Source: Candidatus Pacearchaeota archaeon | GTDB taxonomy: Archaea > Nanobdellota > Nanobdellia > Pacearchaeales > GW2011-AR1 | DNA length: 64,000 bases | Assembly (NCBI GenBank): GCA_017609285.1 | Contig: JAFCEE010000003.1 | Coordinates: 75,529-139,528 of the forward strand | Reading direction: 5' to 3' | Shown here: positions 52,445-62,936 of the stretch, one piece after another | How positions within the stretch are numbered: position 1 is the stretch's first letter | Layout of the letters: each line of letters begins with the position of its first letter | Position numbers and translations under genes: made by a program | Notes under the pieces: model-generated | Told to the model about the DNA's origin: nothing | Databases searched by the model: none | What the model saw: only the letters and a program-made list of their open reading frames with translations

Positions 52445-53164
52445 ATGTTTTATTTAATTGGTTTGGGTTTGAGTTTAGAGAGCATAAGTAAAGAAGCTCT
52501 TGATGTTTGTAAGAAAGCTGATAAAATTTATTTAGAAAATTATACTGTGGAATTTCCTTATAAACCTGAAAAATTAGAAGAAGTTGTGGGGAAGAGAGTA
52601 TTCCCTTTAACAAGAATTATGGTGGAAGATGAGAAATTTTTAGAAGAGGCAAAGAAAAAAAATATTGTTTTATTAGTTTATGGCTCCCCTCTTATTGCAA
52701 CTACTCATGTATCTTTAATTTTAAAATGTTTAAATGAGGACATAAATTATAAAATTTTGCATAATTCCTCTATTTTAGATGCTATAACTGAAACAGGTTT
52801 ACAGATTTATAAATTTGGCAAGATAGCAAGTATGCCAAAATTTGATGAAAATTATAAGCCAAAAAGTTTTGTAAATATTATAAAACAAAACAAAAAAATT
52901 TCTGCACATACATTAATCTTAGTTGATATTGGTTTGACTTTTCCAAATGCTTTAAAACAACTTATAGATGTATGTAAAAGAAAAGTCAAAATTGATAAAT
53001 TGATAGTGTGTAGTCAATTAGGGACTAATGAAAGTAGAATTTATTATGCCAATCCTGATTCATTATATGGGGCTGAGATATATCATCCTTTTTGTTTTAT
53101 TATTCCTTCTGATTTACATTTTCTTGAAGAAGAATTTTTAGAGAGAGTTAAAGAAAAAATTTAA
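52445..53164 (+). CDS. dph5: diphthine synthase (Dph5)
   Basis: MFYLIGLGLSLESISKEALDVCKKADKIYLENYT...VLLVYGSPLIATTH...(tetrapyrrole-methylase fold). The diphthamide target loop is present in aEF-2 in this window. Confidence 0.85.
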   Translation: MFYLIGLGLSLESISKEALDVCKKADKIYLENYTVEFPYKPEKLEEVVGKRVFPLTRIMVEDEKFLEEAKKKNIVLLVYGSPLIATTHVSLILKCLNEDINYKILHNSSILDAITETGLQIYKFGKIASMPKFDENYKPKSFVNIIKQNKKISAHTLILVDIGLTFPNALKQLIDVCKRKVKIDKLIVCSQLGTNESRIYYANPDSLYGAEIYHPFCFIIPSDLHFLEEEFLERVKEKI

Positions 53165-53264
53165 AAACTTTTTATTTTTAAATTAAGCATGGCTAAAGAT
53201 AACAGTTTTTATTTTAGAACTTCTTCAATCTTAGCCATAGCTTCTATTATAATTATTATTTAGA

Positions 53265-53516
53265 TTGCAGTCTCGTTTTTCTGGGGCTGCAAAAGTTAAG
53301 ATGTCAGTTGAAAATATAGAACAGCTCGTGAATTCCAATAAAAAATTCGAAGAAGTGTTGAATGAGTTTAATGAGCTAGTAATACAGGGAAGGTTTTCAA
53401 AAAAAGAAAGAGAAAAAGCTTGGGCTTATTTTAGACAACTACCTGAAAAAATACAAAGGGATGTTCAAAAAAATTCGAGAAGCTGGTATAATACCTTACG
53501 ATTTTATAGTATGTAA
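53265..53516 (+). CDS. hypothetical protein
   Basis: 83-aa ORF (TTG start in the track; ATG at 53301 is an alternative). No family recognised. Confidence 0.35.
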   Translation: MQSRFSGAAKVKMSVENIEQLVNSNKKFEEVLNEFNELVIQGRFSKKEREKAWAYFRQLPEKIQRDVQKNSRSWYNTLRFYSM

Positions 53517-53550
53517 ATAAATTTATAAATCAAAATTGATTAAAAAGAAA

Positions 53551-56367
53551 ATGTATAATTTTAAAGAAGTAGAAAAAGAAATTTTAAAATTCTGGAAGGA
53601 AAAGAAGATTTACGATAAAGTTAAATCTAAAAATAAAAAAGGGAAAAAATTCTATTTGATGGACGGACCTCCATATGCTACAGGGAATATACATATGGGA
53701 ACTGCCTTAAATAAGGTTTTAAAGGACATAGCAATGAGAAGCCAAAGATTGCAAGGAAAAGATGTTTTTGATAGAGCAGGTTATGATACCCATGGTTTGC
53801 CTATAGAATATCAAGTTGAAAAAGAATTGGGGTTTAAAACAAAAAAAGACATAGAAAAGCATGGTGTTAAGAAATTTATCAAGAAATGTAAAGATTTTGC
53901 TACAAGATATATAAATGTGATGAATTCTGAATTTGAAAATCTTGGTGTGTGGATGGACTTTGAAAATTCTTATTTAACTTTAAATCCAGGGTATGTCGAA
54001 ATAATATGGGACGTTTTCAAGCAGGCTAATAAGAAGAATTTACTTTATTTAGGGAAATATCCTATTCATATTTGCCCAAGATGTGAAACAGCTGTTTCTT
54101 ATAACGAGATTGAGTATGCAAGAATAGAAGATACGAGCATTTATGTAAAATTTAAATTAAGAGACAGGCAAGTTTATCTTTTAATTTGGACAACTACACC
54201 ATGGACATTACCAGGAAATACAGGGGTTATGGTAAATCCTGATTTTGATTATGCTGAAGTAGAAGTAGATTTTAGAGATGGAAAAAAAGAAGTTTGGATT
54301 ATGGCTAAAGAGTTAGTAGAAAAAATAATGTCTCAATTCGGTTATAAATATCAAATCAAGAAAATATACAAAGGGGAAAAGATGGAGGGTTGGAGATATC
54401 ATAATCCTTTAATTGAGCATTTAAAATTAAACTTAGATAAAGAAAAAAATTATAGGGTTGTTTTAAGTAGGAGATATGTTAATTTAGAAGAGGGAACAGG
54501 GTTAGTTCATTCTGCTCCAGGACACGGAAGGGAAGATTATGAAGTTGGGAAAGAGTATAGTTTAGATATGCCTTCTCCAGTAGCATTAAATGGATTAATG
54601 ACAGAAGAAGCTGGGAAATATGCGGGGAAAAAAGCAAGAGTTGTAGACAAAGAAATTATAAAAGATTTGGATGAAGAGGGGATGTTAGCAAGAATAGAGC
54701 CTTATGTCCATGATTATCCTCTATGTTGGAGATGTAAAGAGCCATTATTAATGATTTCGCAGCCACAATGGTTTTTGAAAATTTCAAGTATACAAAAAAA
54801 ACTATTGGAAGAAAACGAGAAAACTAAGTGGATTCCTTCTTGGATGGAGTTGAGAATGAAAGCCTGGCTAGAAGGCTTAGGTGATTGGCCTGTTTCGAGG
54901 AAAAGATACTGGGGCACTCCTCTTCCTATTTGGACTTGTGAAAAATGTGAGAAAAAAATAGTTATTGGTAGTATAAATGAGTTAGAGAAATTATCTAGTA
55001 GGAGTATTAGGGAAGTTCACAAACCTGAAATTGATTCTGTAACTATTAAATGTAAATGTGGTGGTTTAATGAAAAGAGTAGAAGACGTATTAGATGTTTG
55101 GTTTGATTCTGGTGTAAGTAGTTGGGCTGCTTTAAATTATTTTAAAGATAAGAAATTGTTCAAAAAATTTTGGCCTGCTGATTTGAATGTAGAGGGGAAA
55201 GACCAAATAAGAGGATGGTGGAATTCTCAGCTTATACTTTCAGAAATAAAATTTGAAAAAAAACCTTTTGAAAATATAATGGTTCATGGTTTAGTTCTAG
55301 ATTTAGGTAAGAGAAAAATGTCAAAGAGTTTGGGAAATATTATAACTCCCAAAGAGATTATAGAAAAATTTGGAAGAGATTATATAAGATATTATTTTGC
55401 AAAAGTGTCAAAGGGAGAAGATTTTGCTTTTGACGAGAAAGAATTTTTATCCATTAAAGAATTTTTTAGGGTTTTAGTTAATGTTAATAATTTTATTAAT
55501 CAGTTAGAAAATAAAAAATCTAAGATAAGAGTAGAGGACACTTGGATATTAAGCAAGTTTAATTCGCTTGTTAAAAAAGTTGAAGAGAGTTATAATAAAT
55601 TTAGATTTCCTGAAGTTATTCTTGCTTTAGAAAATTTTTTAATTTTTGATTTGAGTAAGAGCTATATTCAAATGATAAGAGAAAGGCAAAACGAGGTTTG
55701 TAATATTTTAGATAGTATAAGATTAGGATTATTAAAATTATTAGCTCCTATCTGTCCTTTTGTAACAGAAAAAATATGGCAAGACTTAAGGAAGCAAGGA
55801 ATAGTTAAGGAAGAATCAATTCATTTATCCTCGTGGCCAAAATATGATAATAAAAAAATTAATAAAAATTTAGAAGAGAAATTTGAATTAGCAAAAAGAA
55901 TAATAGAGGCAGGTTTAAGAGAGAGGGATAAAGCTAAAATAGGATTGAAGTGGCCTTTAAGCAAGGCTATAGTTATAACTGAGAAAAAATTGAGTGGGAG
56001 TTTAAAAGAAATCTTGAAGAGGCAGTTGAATGTTAAAGAAATTGAAGTGAAGAAAGGAAAATTAAATGTTAAATTAGATACTAAATTAACAAGAGAGTTA
56101 GAAGCTGAAGGTTATGCTAGGGTTTTGACTAGAAAAATACAGGAGGAAAGAAAGAAAGTAGGATTAGTGAAAAAAGAGAAAATTGATTTAATAATTATCG
56201 TCGGAGAAAATTTATTAGAAATGTTAAGAGAACAAAAAGAGTTTATTAAAGAAAGAGTAAATGCTGAGAAAGTTTTATTGCTATCTGAGAGTAAGGAAAA
56301 ATTTAAATACTCTTCTGAATTTAAAATTAAAGAAAAAAAAGTGGGTGTTACCTTTAAGAAAGCATAA
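53551..56367 (+). CDS. ileS: isoleucyl-tRNA synthetase
   Basis: FYLMDGPPYATGNIHMGTALNKVLKD, GYDTHGLPIE, TTPWTLPGN, KMSKSLGN, and zinc-type CPRC/CWRC/CEKC pairs. The ORF track starts at TTG 53536. Confidence 0.9.
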   Translation: MYNFKEVEKEILKFWKEKKIYDKVKSKNKKGKKFYLMDGPPYATGNIHMGTALNKVLKDIAMRSQRLQGKDVFDRAGYDTHGLPIEYQVEKELGFKTKKDIEKHGVKKFIKKCKDFATRYINVMNSEFENLGVWMDFENSYLTLNPGYVEIIWDVFKQANKKNLLYLGKYPIHICPRCETAVSYNEIEYARIEDTSIYVKFKLRDRQVYLLIWTTTPWTLPGNTGVMVNPDFDYAEVEVDFRDGKKEVWIMAKELVEKIMSQFGYKYQIKKIYKGEKMEGWRYHNPLIEHLKLNLDKEKNYRVVLSRRYVNLEEGTGLVHSAPGHGREDYEVGKEYSLDMPSPVALNGLMTEEAGKYAGKKARVVDKEIIKDLDEEGMLARIEPYVHDYPLCWRCKEPLLMISQPQWFLKISSIQKKLLEENEKTKWIPSWMELRMKAWLEGLGDWPVSRKRYWGTPLPIWTCEKCEKKIVIGSINELEKLSSRSIREVHKPEIDSVTIKCKCGGLMKRVEDVLDVWFDSGVSSWAALNYFKDKKLFKKFWPADLNVEGKDQIRGWWNSQLILSEIKFEKKPFENIMVHGLVLDLGKRKMSKSLGNIITPKEIIEKFGRDYIRYYFAKVSKGEDFAFDEKEFLSIKEFFRVLVNVNNFINQLENKKSKIRVEDTWILSKFNSLVKKVEESYNKFRFPEVILALENFLIFDLSKSYIQMIRERQNEVCNILDSIRLGLLKLLAPICPFVTEKIWQDLRKQGIVKEESIHLSSWPKYDNKKINKNLEEKFELAKRIIEAGLRERDKAKIGLKWPLSKAIVITEKKLSGSLKEILKRQLNVKEIEVKKGKLNVKLDTKLTRELEAEGYARVLTRKIQEERKKVGLVKKEKIDLIIIVGENLLEMLREQKEFIKERVNAEKVLLLSESKEKFKYSSEFKIKEKKVGVTFKKA

Positions 56368-56408
56368 AAACATTTAAAAATAATCAAATCTTAAAGAAAT
56401 AATAAAAA

Positions 56409-57215
56409 ATGATTGTAAAAGACGAGTTTTTATCAAGATTAAGAAAAATTTTTGACTTGAACTTATATGAGGTTAAGGTATGGACTGCCTTATTGTCTCG
56501 TGGCGTGAGTACTGCCGGAGAATTAAGCAGTATTGGCGATGTTCCAAGGAGCAGAACTTATGATATTTTAGAAAGTTTGGAGAAAAAAGGATTTATTTTA
56601 ATGAAGTTAGGAAAGCCAATTAAATTCGTTGCCTTAAAACCGGAAGAGGTTGTAGAGAGGGTAAAAAGAAATTTAATAAAAGAGGCGCGAGAAAAATCAA
56701 AAAGATTAGAGCAGTTGAAAGGAGATGAAGTTTTGAAAGAATTAACAACATTATTTGCACAAGGTATTAAATTTGTACAGCCATCTGACCTAAGTGGGAG
56801 TTTAAGAGGTAGACAAAACATTTACAATCATTTAGATATGATGGTTAGAGATGCTGAAAAAACAATTACTTTAGTTACTAGTGCTGATGGATTAAATAGG
56901 AAGTTAGAGGCATTGATGCCAAGTTTAGAAAAAGCAAAAAAAAGAAAAGTTAATATAAGAATTGCTGCTCCAATTACTAAAGAAAACGAAAAGGTGGCAA
57001 AAGAGTTGAGTAAAGTAGCTGAAGTAAGAAGCATACCGGATTTGAAAGCTAGATTTAGTATAGTTGATGGAAATCAAGTGATGTTTATGTTGATGGATGA
57101 TGATAAGATACACCCTAACTATGATGTAGGAGTCTGGATAAATACAGATTTCTTCGCAAAATCCTTAGAGCAAATGTTTGAGAATGCTTGGAAAAAAGGA
57201 AAGCCTATTAAGTAA
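56409..57215 (+). CDS. TrmB-family transcriptional regulator
   Basis: LNLYEVKVWTALLSRGVSTAGELSSIGDVPRSRTYDILESLEKKGF (winged helix) plus a C-terminal TrmB-like effector domain. Confidence 0.75.
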   Translation: MIVKDEFLSRLRKIFDLNLYEVKVWTALLSRGVSTAGELSSIGDVPRSRTYDILESLEKKGFILMKLGKPIKFVALKPEEVVERVKRNLIKEAREKSKRLEQLKGDEVLKELTTLFAQGIKFVQPSDLSGSLRGRQNIYNHLDMMVRDAEKTITLVTSADGLNRKLEALMPSLEKAKKRKVNIRIAAPITKENEKVAKELSKVAEVRSIPDLKARFSIVDGNQVMFMLMDDDKIHPNYDVGVWINTDFFAKSLEQMFENAWKKGKPIK

Positions 57216-57286
57216 GTTTGCGTGAAAAGGGAAGGGGATTTCGCGAAACTATTTTGACTAAAGAATAAAAAGAAAGGTTAAATTTT

Positions 57287-58390
57287 CTATTTTTGTTTAT
57301 ATTGTTTATAAATCTGCACTAATTTCTTTATTCTCTCTTTTACTAAATTAACTGGCAATTGTTTTAATTTTGCTGCTTGTGTTCCTTTCATAGCCCAATA
57401 TCTTGAAAGATTAAGTTGTTGCGGCTTGATTTTTTTTATGATTTTAAGAGTCTCTTGAAAATCTTTTTCAGTTTCAGATGGAAATCCCACTATGATGTCT
57501 GTAGATAAAAATAAATCTGGAATTTCTTTTCTAAATTTCTTTACTATTTTCAGAAAATCAGAAACAGAATATTTTCTATTCATTGCTTTCAAAATTTTAT
57601 CTGAACCAGATTGTAAAGGTAAATGGAGAAAGGGTTTCATCTTCTCGTGTTTGTAAATTTTAATCAAATCAGAAAGAATAGGCAAAACATTTTCAGGATT
57701 CATCATTCCTATTCTGACTTTAAATTTTCCTTTTAAACCCAGAATTTTTTTTAATAATTTTGGAAGCTCTCTTTTTTCTCTATCTAAACCATAAGAGGCA
57801 TTATCCTGGCTTGTGAGCCAGATTTCTTTTGCTCCTGCTTTTACGTCTCTCTCGACGTTTTCTATTATTTTTTCTTTTGAATAAGAAAATAAAGAATGTT
57901 TAGCTAGTCTTACTATACAAAAACTGCAATTTCCGAGACAGCCTTCAGAAATTTGAGTTATACCTACTTCTTTTTTTATAGAAATTTTCGGAAGGCATAG
58001 TTTTTCTTCATATCTCAAAGATAAAAATTCCTCTTCTTTGTACTTGTTTTCGTAAATCTTCCTAATTAGTTTAGGCAAATCTTTAACATGATGTGTTCCA
58101 AGTAAGTACAAATTATTATATCTTAATCTATCTGCTCTAACTTCTGGCATACAACCAGCGATTATAATTGGCTTTTCTGGACATTTTTTTCTTAAATCTT
58201 GTAACCTTCTTTCTATTTTTTTCTCAGTTGGCTCTTTAACTACGCAAGTATTTATAATAAGAATGTCAGCGATGTCTGGATTTGAAGTTATTTCTAATCC
58301 TGCCTGCCTAACCAAACCTTTCATAATTTCTGTATTATTCTGATTGGCTACACAACCATAAGTTTCAAAGTAAATATACAATTGTTCCAT
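57287..58390 (-). CDS. MiaB/MtaB-family radical SAM methylthiotransferase (apparently without a TRAM domain)
   Basis: YFETYGCVANQNNTEIM (UPF0004 N-domain) and SEGCLGNCSFCIV (CxxxCxxC). At 367 aa it ends soon after the radical SAM core. Confidence 0.75.
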   Translation of the reverse strand: MEQLYIYFETYGCVANQNNTEIMKGLVRQAGLEITSNPDIADILIINTCVVKEPTEKKIERRLQDLRKKCPEKPIIIAGCMPEVRADRLRYNNLYLLGTHHVKDLPKLIRKIYENKYKEEEFLSLRYEEKLCLPKISIKKEVGITQISEGCLGNCSFCIVRLAKHSLFSYSKEKIIENVERDVKAGAKEIWLTSQDNASYGLDREKRELPKLLKKILGLKGKFKVRIGMMNPENVLPILSDLIKIYKHEKMKPFLHLPLQSGSDKILKAMNRKYSVSDFLKIVKKFRKEIPDLFLSTDIIVGFPSETEKDFQETLKIIKKIKPQQLNLSRYWAMKGTQAAKLKQLPVNLVKERIKKLVQIYKQYKQK

Positions 58391-58425
58391 ATTATCATTT
58401 AAACCACAAAGTTTTTAAATCTTAA

Positions 58426-59067
58426 ATGGATATCATAAATATGAAAAAAGTTTTGGTGTCTTTAATTTTAGCATTGTTTTTAATTAGTTCCTTAGCCCTT
58501 GTATATGCAGCTGGGAATGGACAGGGAAATCAAGGACTGGTGCAAGAGCAGGGACAAAGACAAGTAAATGAAAGCCAGGGATTAGGACAAATAATAAGAA
58601 ATCAGGTTAGGGCAGGAGTTTATACTTCTCCAAATGGAGAACAGATAAGAGTTTCCGAGATGGCAAGAAATAAGATAAGATTAAAAGTTAGAAATGTTTC
58701 TGCAGATTGTGAATTAAATATTACCCAAGAACGAGTTCAGAACAGGACAAGATTAAAAGTTATGTTGAGTAATGGCAGAAATACAGAAATTAAAATAATG
58801 CCAGATGTAGCAGCAGAGAGAGCTTTGGAAAGATTGAGGTTGAGAGTGTGTGGTGGGGAAAATAATTGTAGTTTGCAATTAAAAGAGGTTAGAAAAGGTA
58901 ATGAAACAAAACTTGCTTATGAAGTTCAGGTAGAAAGACATATGAGGATTTTAGGTTTATTTAGAACTAAGGCGAGGGTTAAAGCTGAGGTAGATGCTGA
59001 GAATGGCGAGATAATAAGAGTTAAGAAACCTTGGTGGGCTTTTTTGGCAAGTGAGCCAGAAGAATAA
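58426..59067 (+). CDS. secreted hypothetical protein
   Basis: Signal peptide (VLVSLILALFLISSLALVYA), Q/G/N-rich linker, then a basic beta-rich domain. No family recognised. Confidence 0.5.
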   Translation: MDIINMKKVLVSLILALFLISSLALVYAAGNGQGNQGLVQEQGQRQVNESQGLGQIIRNQVRAGVYTSPNGEQIRVSEMARNKIRLKVRNVSADCELNITQERVQNRTRLKVMLSNGRNTEIKIMPDVAAERALERLRLRVCGGENNCSLQLKEVRKGNETKLAYEVQVERHMRILGLFRTKARVKAEVDAENGEIIRVKKPWWAFLASEPEE

Positions 59068-59089
59068 TTAGAAAAAATTTAAACAGAAT

Positions 59090-59989
59090 TTAAACAGGCA
59101 CTGCTTCTGGTATTTGTTCTGATTCAGGAATATTATCATATAAATTTTGGATTTCACTAAAAACCTCTTTTGTTTTTTTAAGTTGTTTTTTATCCCTTGC
59201 ATAAGCAACCGGATCAAATGCTTTTTTGTATTCTGGAATTGTTTTTCTTATTGTATTCCTTATGTATTTTTCTAAAGTTAGCAATTGTTTTCTTAACAAA
59301 GAATATCTAGACCCTTCGTTTGTAGAATCATATTTTCTTGTCGTAGCAATAAATTGGTCAGAATATTTTTCTATTTTTTCTAAAACCCAGATTAAGTCTC
59401 CTCTGTAGTTTCCTGATTTTATTGCTTTATAAATTTCTGAGACTAATTGGGGTTGGGATTTTTGGGTTTCTAGTTCTGTAAGTTCTAATGCCAAAAATGC
59501 TACATCTATTGTAGGACTTTTAGTTGTTTTTCTTAAACTTAATTTTTTGGCTAAACCATTAACGGATTTTTTTATTTTTGAAATAGAATCAAAAAAATAA
59601 CTTCTTTGATTAGCGTTATTTGAGTATGAAGAATTTCCTTTAATTTCAGGATTATTTGCTACTCTGGCCTCTAATGTTTTTGGAGATTGCATTATTCTCT
59701 GTGCTTTGAAATCTTCTCCAAAGCCATAGAAATCTTTTCCTGTTGCTTTCTCATAAGTTTCTTCTATTCCTAACATTTCATCTAAATTAGCTCTCCATTG
59801 AAGATACTCTTCAGTTCCTTTTTTAGGGATGTGCCCAACTTTTCTACATATATCTCCATTTTGCCTTGCAAGTTGAAAATATTTTTCTGCTAAAGCCAAA
59901 AAATAATTTTCTCTTCGTTTTTTAATTGTATAAGCCAATCTAGAAAATAACTTGCTATGTTTCTTTCCCAAAATATCACCTATTCTCAT
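59090..59989 (-). CDS. hypothetical protein
   Basis: 299-aa ORF, helical. No recognisable motif. Confidence 0.5.
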   Translation of the reverse strand: MRIGDILGKKHSKLFSRLAYTIKKRRENYFLALAEKYFQLARQNGDICRKVGHIPKKGTEEYLQWRANLDEMLGIEETYEKATGKDFYGFGEDFKAQRIMQSPKTLEARVANNPEIKGNSSYSNNANQRSYFFDSISKIKKSVNGLAKKLSLRKTTKSPTIDVAFLALELTELETQKSQPQLVSEIYKAIKSGNYRGDLIWVLEKIEKYSDQFIATTRKYDSTNEGSRYSLLRKQLLTLEKYIRNTIRKTIPEYKKAFDPVAYARDKKQLKKTKEVFSEIQNLYDNIPESEQIPEAVPV

Positions 59990-60148
59990 GGAAATAATAA
60001 AAAAAGGGGGTTTTTAAACTTTACTATTGTGACTATTTAAGAGTTACATCATTTCTAAAACTTGATTCCAAAAGCAGGTAAAGAGCTTTTTAGCTTTAGA
60101 ACTAAAAGAACAATTCTTTATTTTTCTGTTTTTAATTTGCTCTTATTT

Positions 60149-60622
60149 TTAAGTTATTTTTGATAGTAAATCTCCAACAAAATGAGTTATAATTATAACT
60201 ATGACTGCTATAATTAAATGTTCTGCTACTATTTTTTCTGGTTTTTTATGCTGTTGTTTAGCTATATGAAAACTGAAAATTGTAATAAGAGAAAGGCCAT
60301 AAATTATGCTTACAATTATTGCAGTAGAAAGTTTAAATAACAAGACAGGGATTACAAAAGATAATGCAAAGATGAATTTAAAAAAGAAAGTTGAAAAAGT
60401 TGCTCTCCAAATAGTCCTTGCCTGATGTTTATTTTCAGATTCCTCTGACATATGTATTCCTAAAGCGTCAGAGCAAGCATCTGCTATTGCTATAGTTAAT
60501 ATTCCTGCTAAAACAACAAGTTTTGAATGAGTCCCTGAATATAGGCCGACCATTAAACCTAACGTTGTAGTTACCCCTGAAGTTAATCCAAAACTGAAAC
60601 CAACTTTTGTTGAGTGTCTCAT
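60149..60622 (-). CDS. VIT1/CCC1-like membrane protein (tentative)
   Basis: GFSFGLTSGVTTTLGLMVGL...LAGILTIAIADACSDALGIHMSEESE plus C-terminal TM helices. The resemblance to the VIT family was judged by eye only. Confidence 0.45.
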   Translation of the reverse strand: MRHSTKVGFSFGLTSGVTTTLGLMVGLYSGTHSKLVVLAGILTIAIADACSDALGIHMSEESENKHQARTIWRATFSTFFFKFIFALSFVIPVLLFKLSTAIIVSIIYGLSLITIFSFHIAKQQHKKPEKIVAEHLIIAVIVIIITHFVGDLLSKIT

Positions 60623-60623
60623 T

Positions 60624-62318
60624 TTACATCTCCTCTAAAACTTCAATTCCTAATAACTCCAAACTTTTTTTCATTACAATTCTAAACGCTTCTACTAATG
60701 CTAACCTAAAATTCCCCTCTATACTCCCTAAAACCTGGCAATTATGGTAGAATTCATTAAATATTTGAGCAAGTTGAAAAGAATAATTAGCTATTATGCC
60801 AGGATTTAATTGCTGTCTTGCTTTTTTGATAATTTCTGGAAATTCTGCTAATTTTTTTACCAGTTCAATTTCCTGTTCTTTTAAGTCAACAACTTTAATT
60901 TGTAGTTTTTTTGTCTTATTAAATTTCTCGGCTTTTCTTAAAATTGAAGAGGCACGGGCATATGAATATTGTAAGTATGGACCAGTATTGCCTTCAAAAT
61001 CTATGGCTTTGTCAGGATTAAAAATTATACCTTTTTTAGATTCAATTTTTAAAAAGAAATATTTTATAGCAGAAAGGGCAATTGCTAAACTCCTCTTTTT
61101 TAATTCTTGTTTTTTTAACTTATATCTCTTTTTTAATTCTTTTTCTGCCAACTTTAGCATTTCCTCAATTAAATCATCAGCATCAACTACTTTTCCTTCT
61201 CTACTTTTCATTTTACCTTCTGGTAAGAAAACCATCCCATAAGACAAATGATGTAGAGACTCTGCAAAAGGATATTTTAAAAGCTTAAGAATTTTAAATA
61301 AAACTTTAAAATGATAATCTTGTTCATTAGCGACAACATAAATCATATCATCAAATTTATATTCTTGATATCTTAATTTTGCAAGATAAAGGTCTTGAGT
61401 TATATATACAGAAGTACCATCTGATCTTAACAAAACTTTTTCTCCTAACTCTTTTCCTAAATTTATGATAACTGCATTATCATCTCTTTTCTTAAATAAA
61501 CCTTTCTTTAAACCTTCTTCAATAATTTCTTTCCCTTTTTTATATATCTTACTTTCATAATAATGCTTGTCAAACTTAACCCCTAAAATTTTATAAGTAT
61601 TTTCTATTCCTTTTATCGCCCAACTATTCATTTTTCTCCATAATTCTCTTACATTTTTATCCCCAGATTCCCATTTCCTCAACATTTCTCTTGCTTCCTC
61701 TTCAAGTTTTTTGTTTGTTTTTGCTTTTTCGTTAAATAAAACATAAAAATTTCCTACAAACTTGTCTGATTTTTCTTTTGTTTTTTCAGGAGTCTTGTTT
61801 TTTCCGTATTTTTGATAAGCTAACATCGACTTAACTATATGAATGCCTCTGTCATTGTAAAGGTTAACTCTTTTTATATTATTTCCTGAAAATTCCAAAA
61901 TTCTTGCTATGCTCTCACCAACCAACATATTTCTTAGATGTCCTAAATGTAAGGGTTTGTTTGTGTTTGGAGAAAGAAATTCTATTACTACTTTTTCATT
62001 TTCTTTTCTTTTTCCATATTTTTCTCCACTAGTTAATATTTTCTTAATTAAATTTTCAGCTAAAATTTTTTTATTGATAAAGAAATTTAGGTATGGGCCA
62101 GAAGCTTTAACTTGCGAGATCTCTTTTGTAAGTTTAATTTTTTTTGTAAGTTCTTCTGCAATTTTATTTGGATTTTTTTTCAATTTTTTTGTTAAAACAA
62201 AACAAGGAAAAGCATAATCTCCTAATTCTGGAGATGGTGGCACCTCCACCAAATTCCAAAGTTCTTTTTTATCCAGCTTTACTTCTTTTGATAATAATTT
62301 AACAATGAGTTCTTTCAT
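60624..62318 (-). CDS. argS: arginyl-tRNA synthetase
   Basis: EFLSPNTNKPLHLGHLRNMLVGESI, the SREG segment in the class I KMSKS-loop position, an anticodon-binding domain, and the characteristic terminal ...LEEM. Confidence 0.9.
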   Translation of the reverse strand: MKELIVKLLSKEVKLDKKELWNLVEVPPSPELGDYAFPCFVLTKKLKKNPNKIAEELTKKIKLTKEISQVKASGPYLNFFINKKILAENLIKKILTSGEKYGKRKENEKVVIEFLSPNTNKPLHLGHLRNMLVGESIARILEFSGNNIKRVNLYNDRGIHIVKSMLAYQKYGKNKTPEKTKEKSDKFVGNFYVLFNEKAKTNKKLEEEAREMLRKWESGDKNVRELWRKMNSWAIKGIENTYKILGVKFDKHYYESKIYKKGKEIIEEGLKKGLFKKRDDNAVIINLGKELGEKVLLRSDGTSVYITQDLYLAKLRYQEYKFDDMIYVVANEQDYHFKVLFKILKLLKYPFAESLHHLSYGMVFLPEGKMKSREGKVVDADDLIEEMLKLAEKELKKRYKLKKQELKKRSLAIALSAIKYFFLKIESKKGIIFNPDKAIDFEGNTGPYLQYSYARASSILRKAEKFNKTKKLQIKVVDLKEQEIELVKKLAEFPEIIKKARQQLNPGIIANYSFQLAQIFNEFYHNCQVLGSIEGNFRLALVEAFRIVMKKSLELLGIEVLEEM

Positions 62319-62578
62319 AATGAAAAGAGGAAATATGAATTAATAAAGTTTATCTTTCAGATTAATTTTATCCTAATTTGGTAAGTAATTAGCGATAAGG
62401 TTCTTGGAATTCAGAATAGTTTACGTAAGTGGAAAGTAGGCATGATTATTTAAATCAGATTTTTTATACCAAAAATATTGATAAAGAAAAAAGACAAATT
62501 AATCCTAGAACTAAAAACCAAACCTATTTTTTTTCATATTTTAATTAAAAAGAATAAGTATAAAAATATTTGTATCCT

Positions 62579-62902
62579 TTAAGGGCTTGGAGGCATTGGT
62601 CCTGGTCCTGCTGGAGCTTCATGATGATGCCCTCCACCACCTCCTCCACTAGATACAATAATTCCAACAGTTGCAGCAAGAGTTGCAGCATCAACTGCAA
62701 AATAAGCTTTTTCCTCTTTTGTAGCTTCTCCTTTAAGAACTTTATTAAGGTCATACTTATGCATTGCACACATACATCCTGAAGAAAAAGTTAACATTCC
62801 TGCTAATCCAACTCCAGTTATTATTCTTCTTAATCTTGAAGAAGAACTATAAATTCTTTCTCCATCTTCCCTATTCTGAACAGAGTATATTCTTTCTCCC
62901 AT
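62579..62902 (-). CDS. hypothetical small membrane/lipoprotein-like protein with a Gly/His/Pro tail
   Basis: 107 aa. Duplicated GERIYS motif at the N-terminus, one TM (IITGVGLAGMLTFSSGC), and a C-terminal SSGGGGGGHHHEAPAGPGPMPPSP. Two overlapping alternative-frame ORFs were judged less likely. Confidence 0.45.
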   Translation of the reverse strand: MGERIYSVQNREDGERIYSSSSRLRRIITGVGLAGMLTFSSGCMCAMHKYDLNKVLKGEATKEEKAYFAVDAATLAATVGIIVSSGGGGGGHHHEAPAGPGPMPPSP

Positions 62903-62936
62903 TCTGTCTTAATTTTTTAGTAGTTTATAAAGATTG

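Noticed and set aside
62545-62782. Two overlapping ORFs (74 aa minus, 70 aa plus) at the 3' end of the 62579-62902 gene
   Set aside because: Both are repetitive Leu/Gln or Ser/Cys frame artefacts of the GC-rich Gly/His/Pro-coding tail. The 107-aa frame has a TM segment and coherent architecture.
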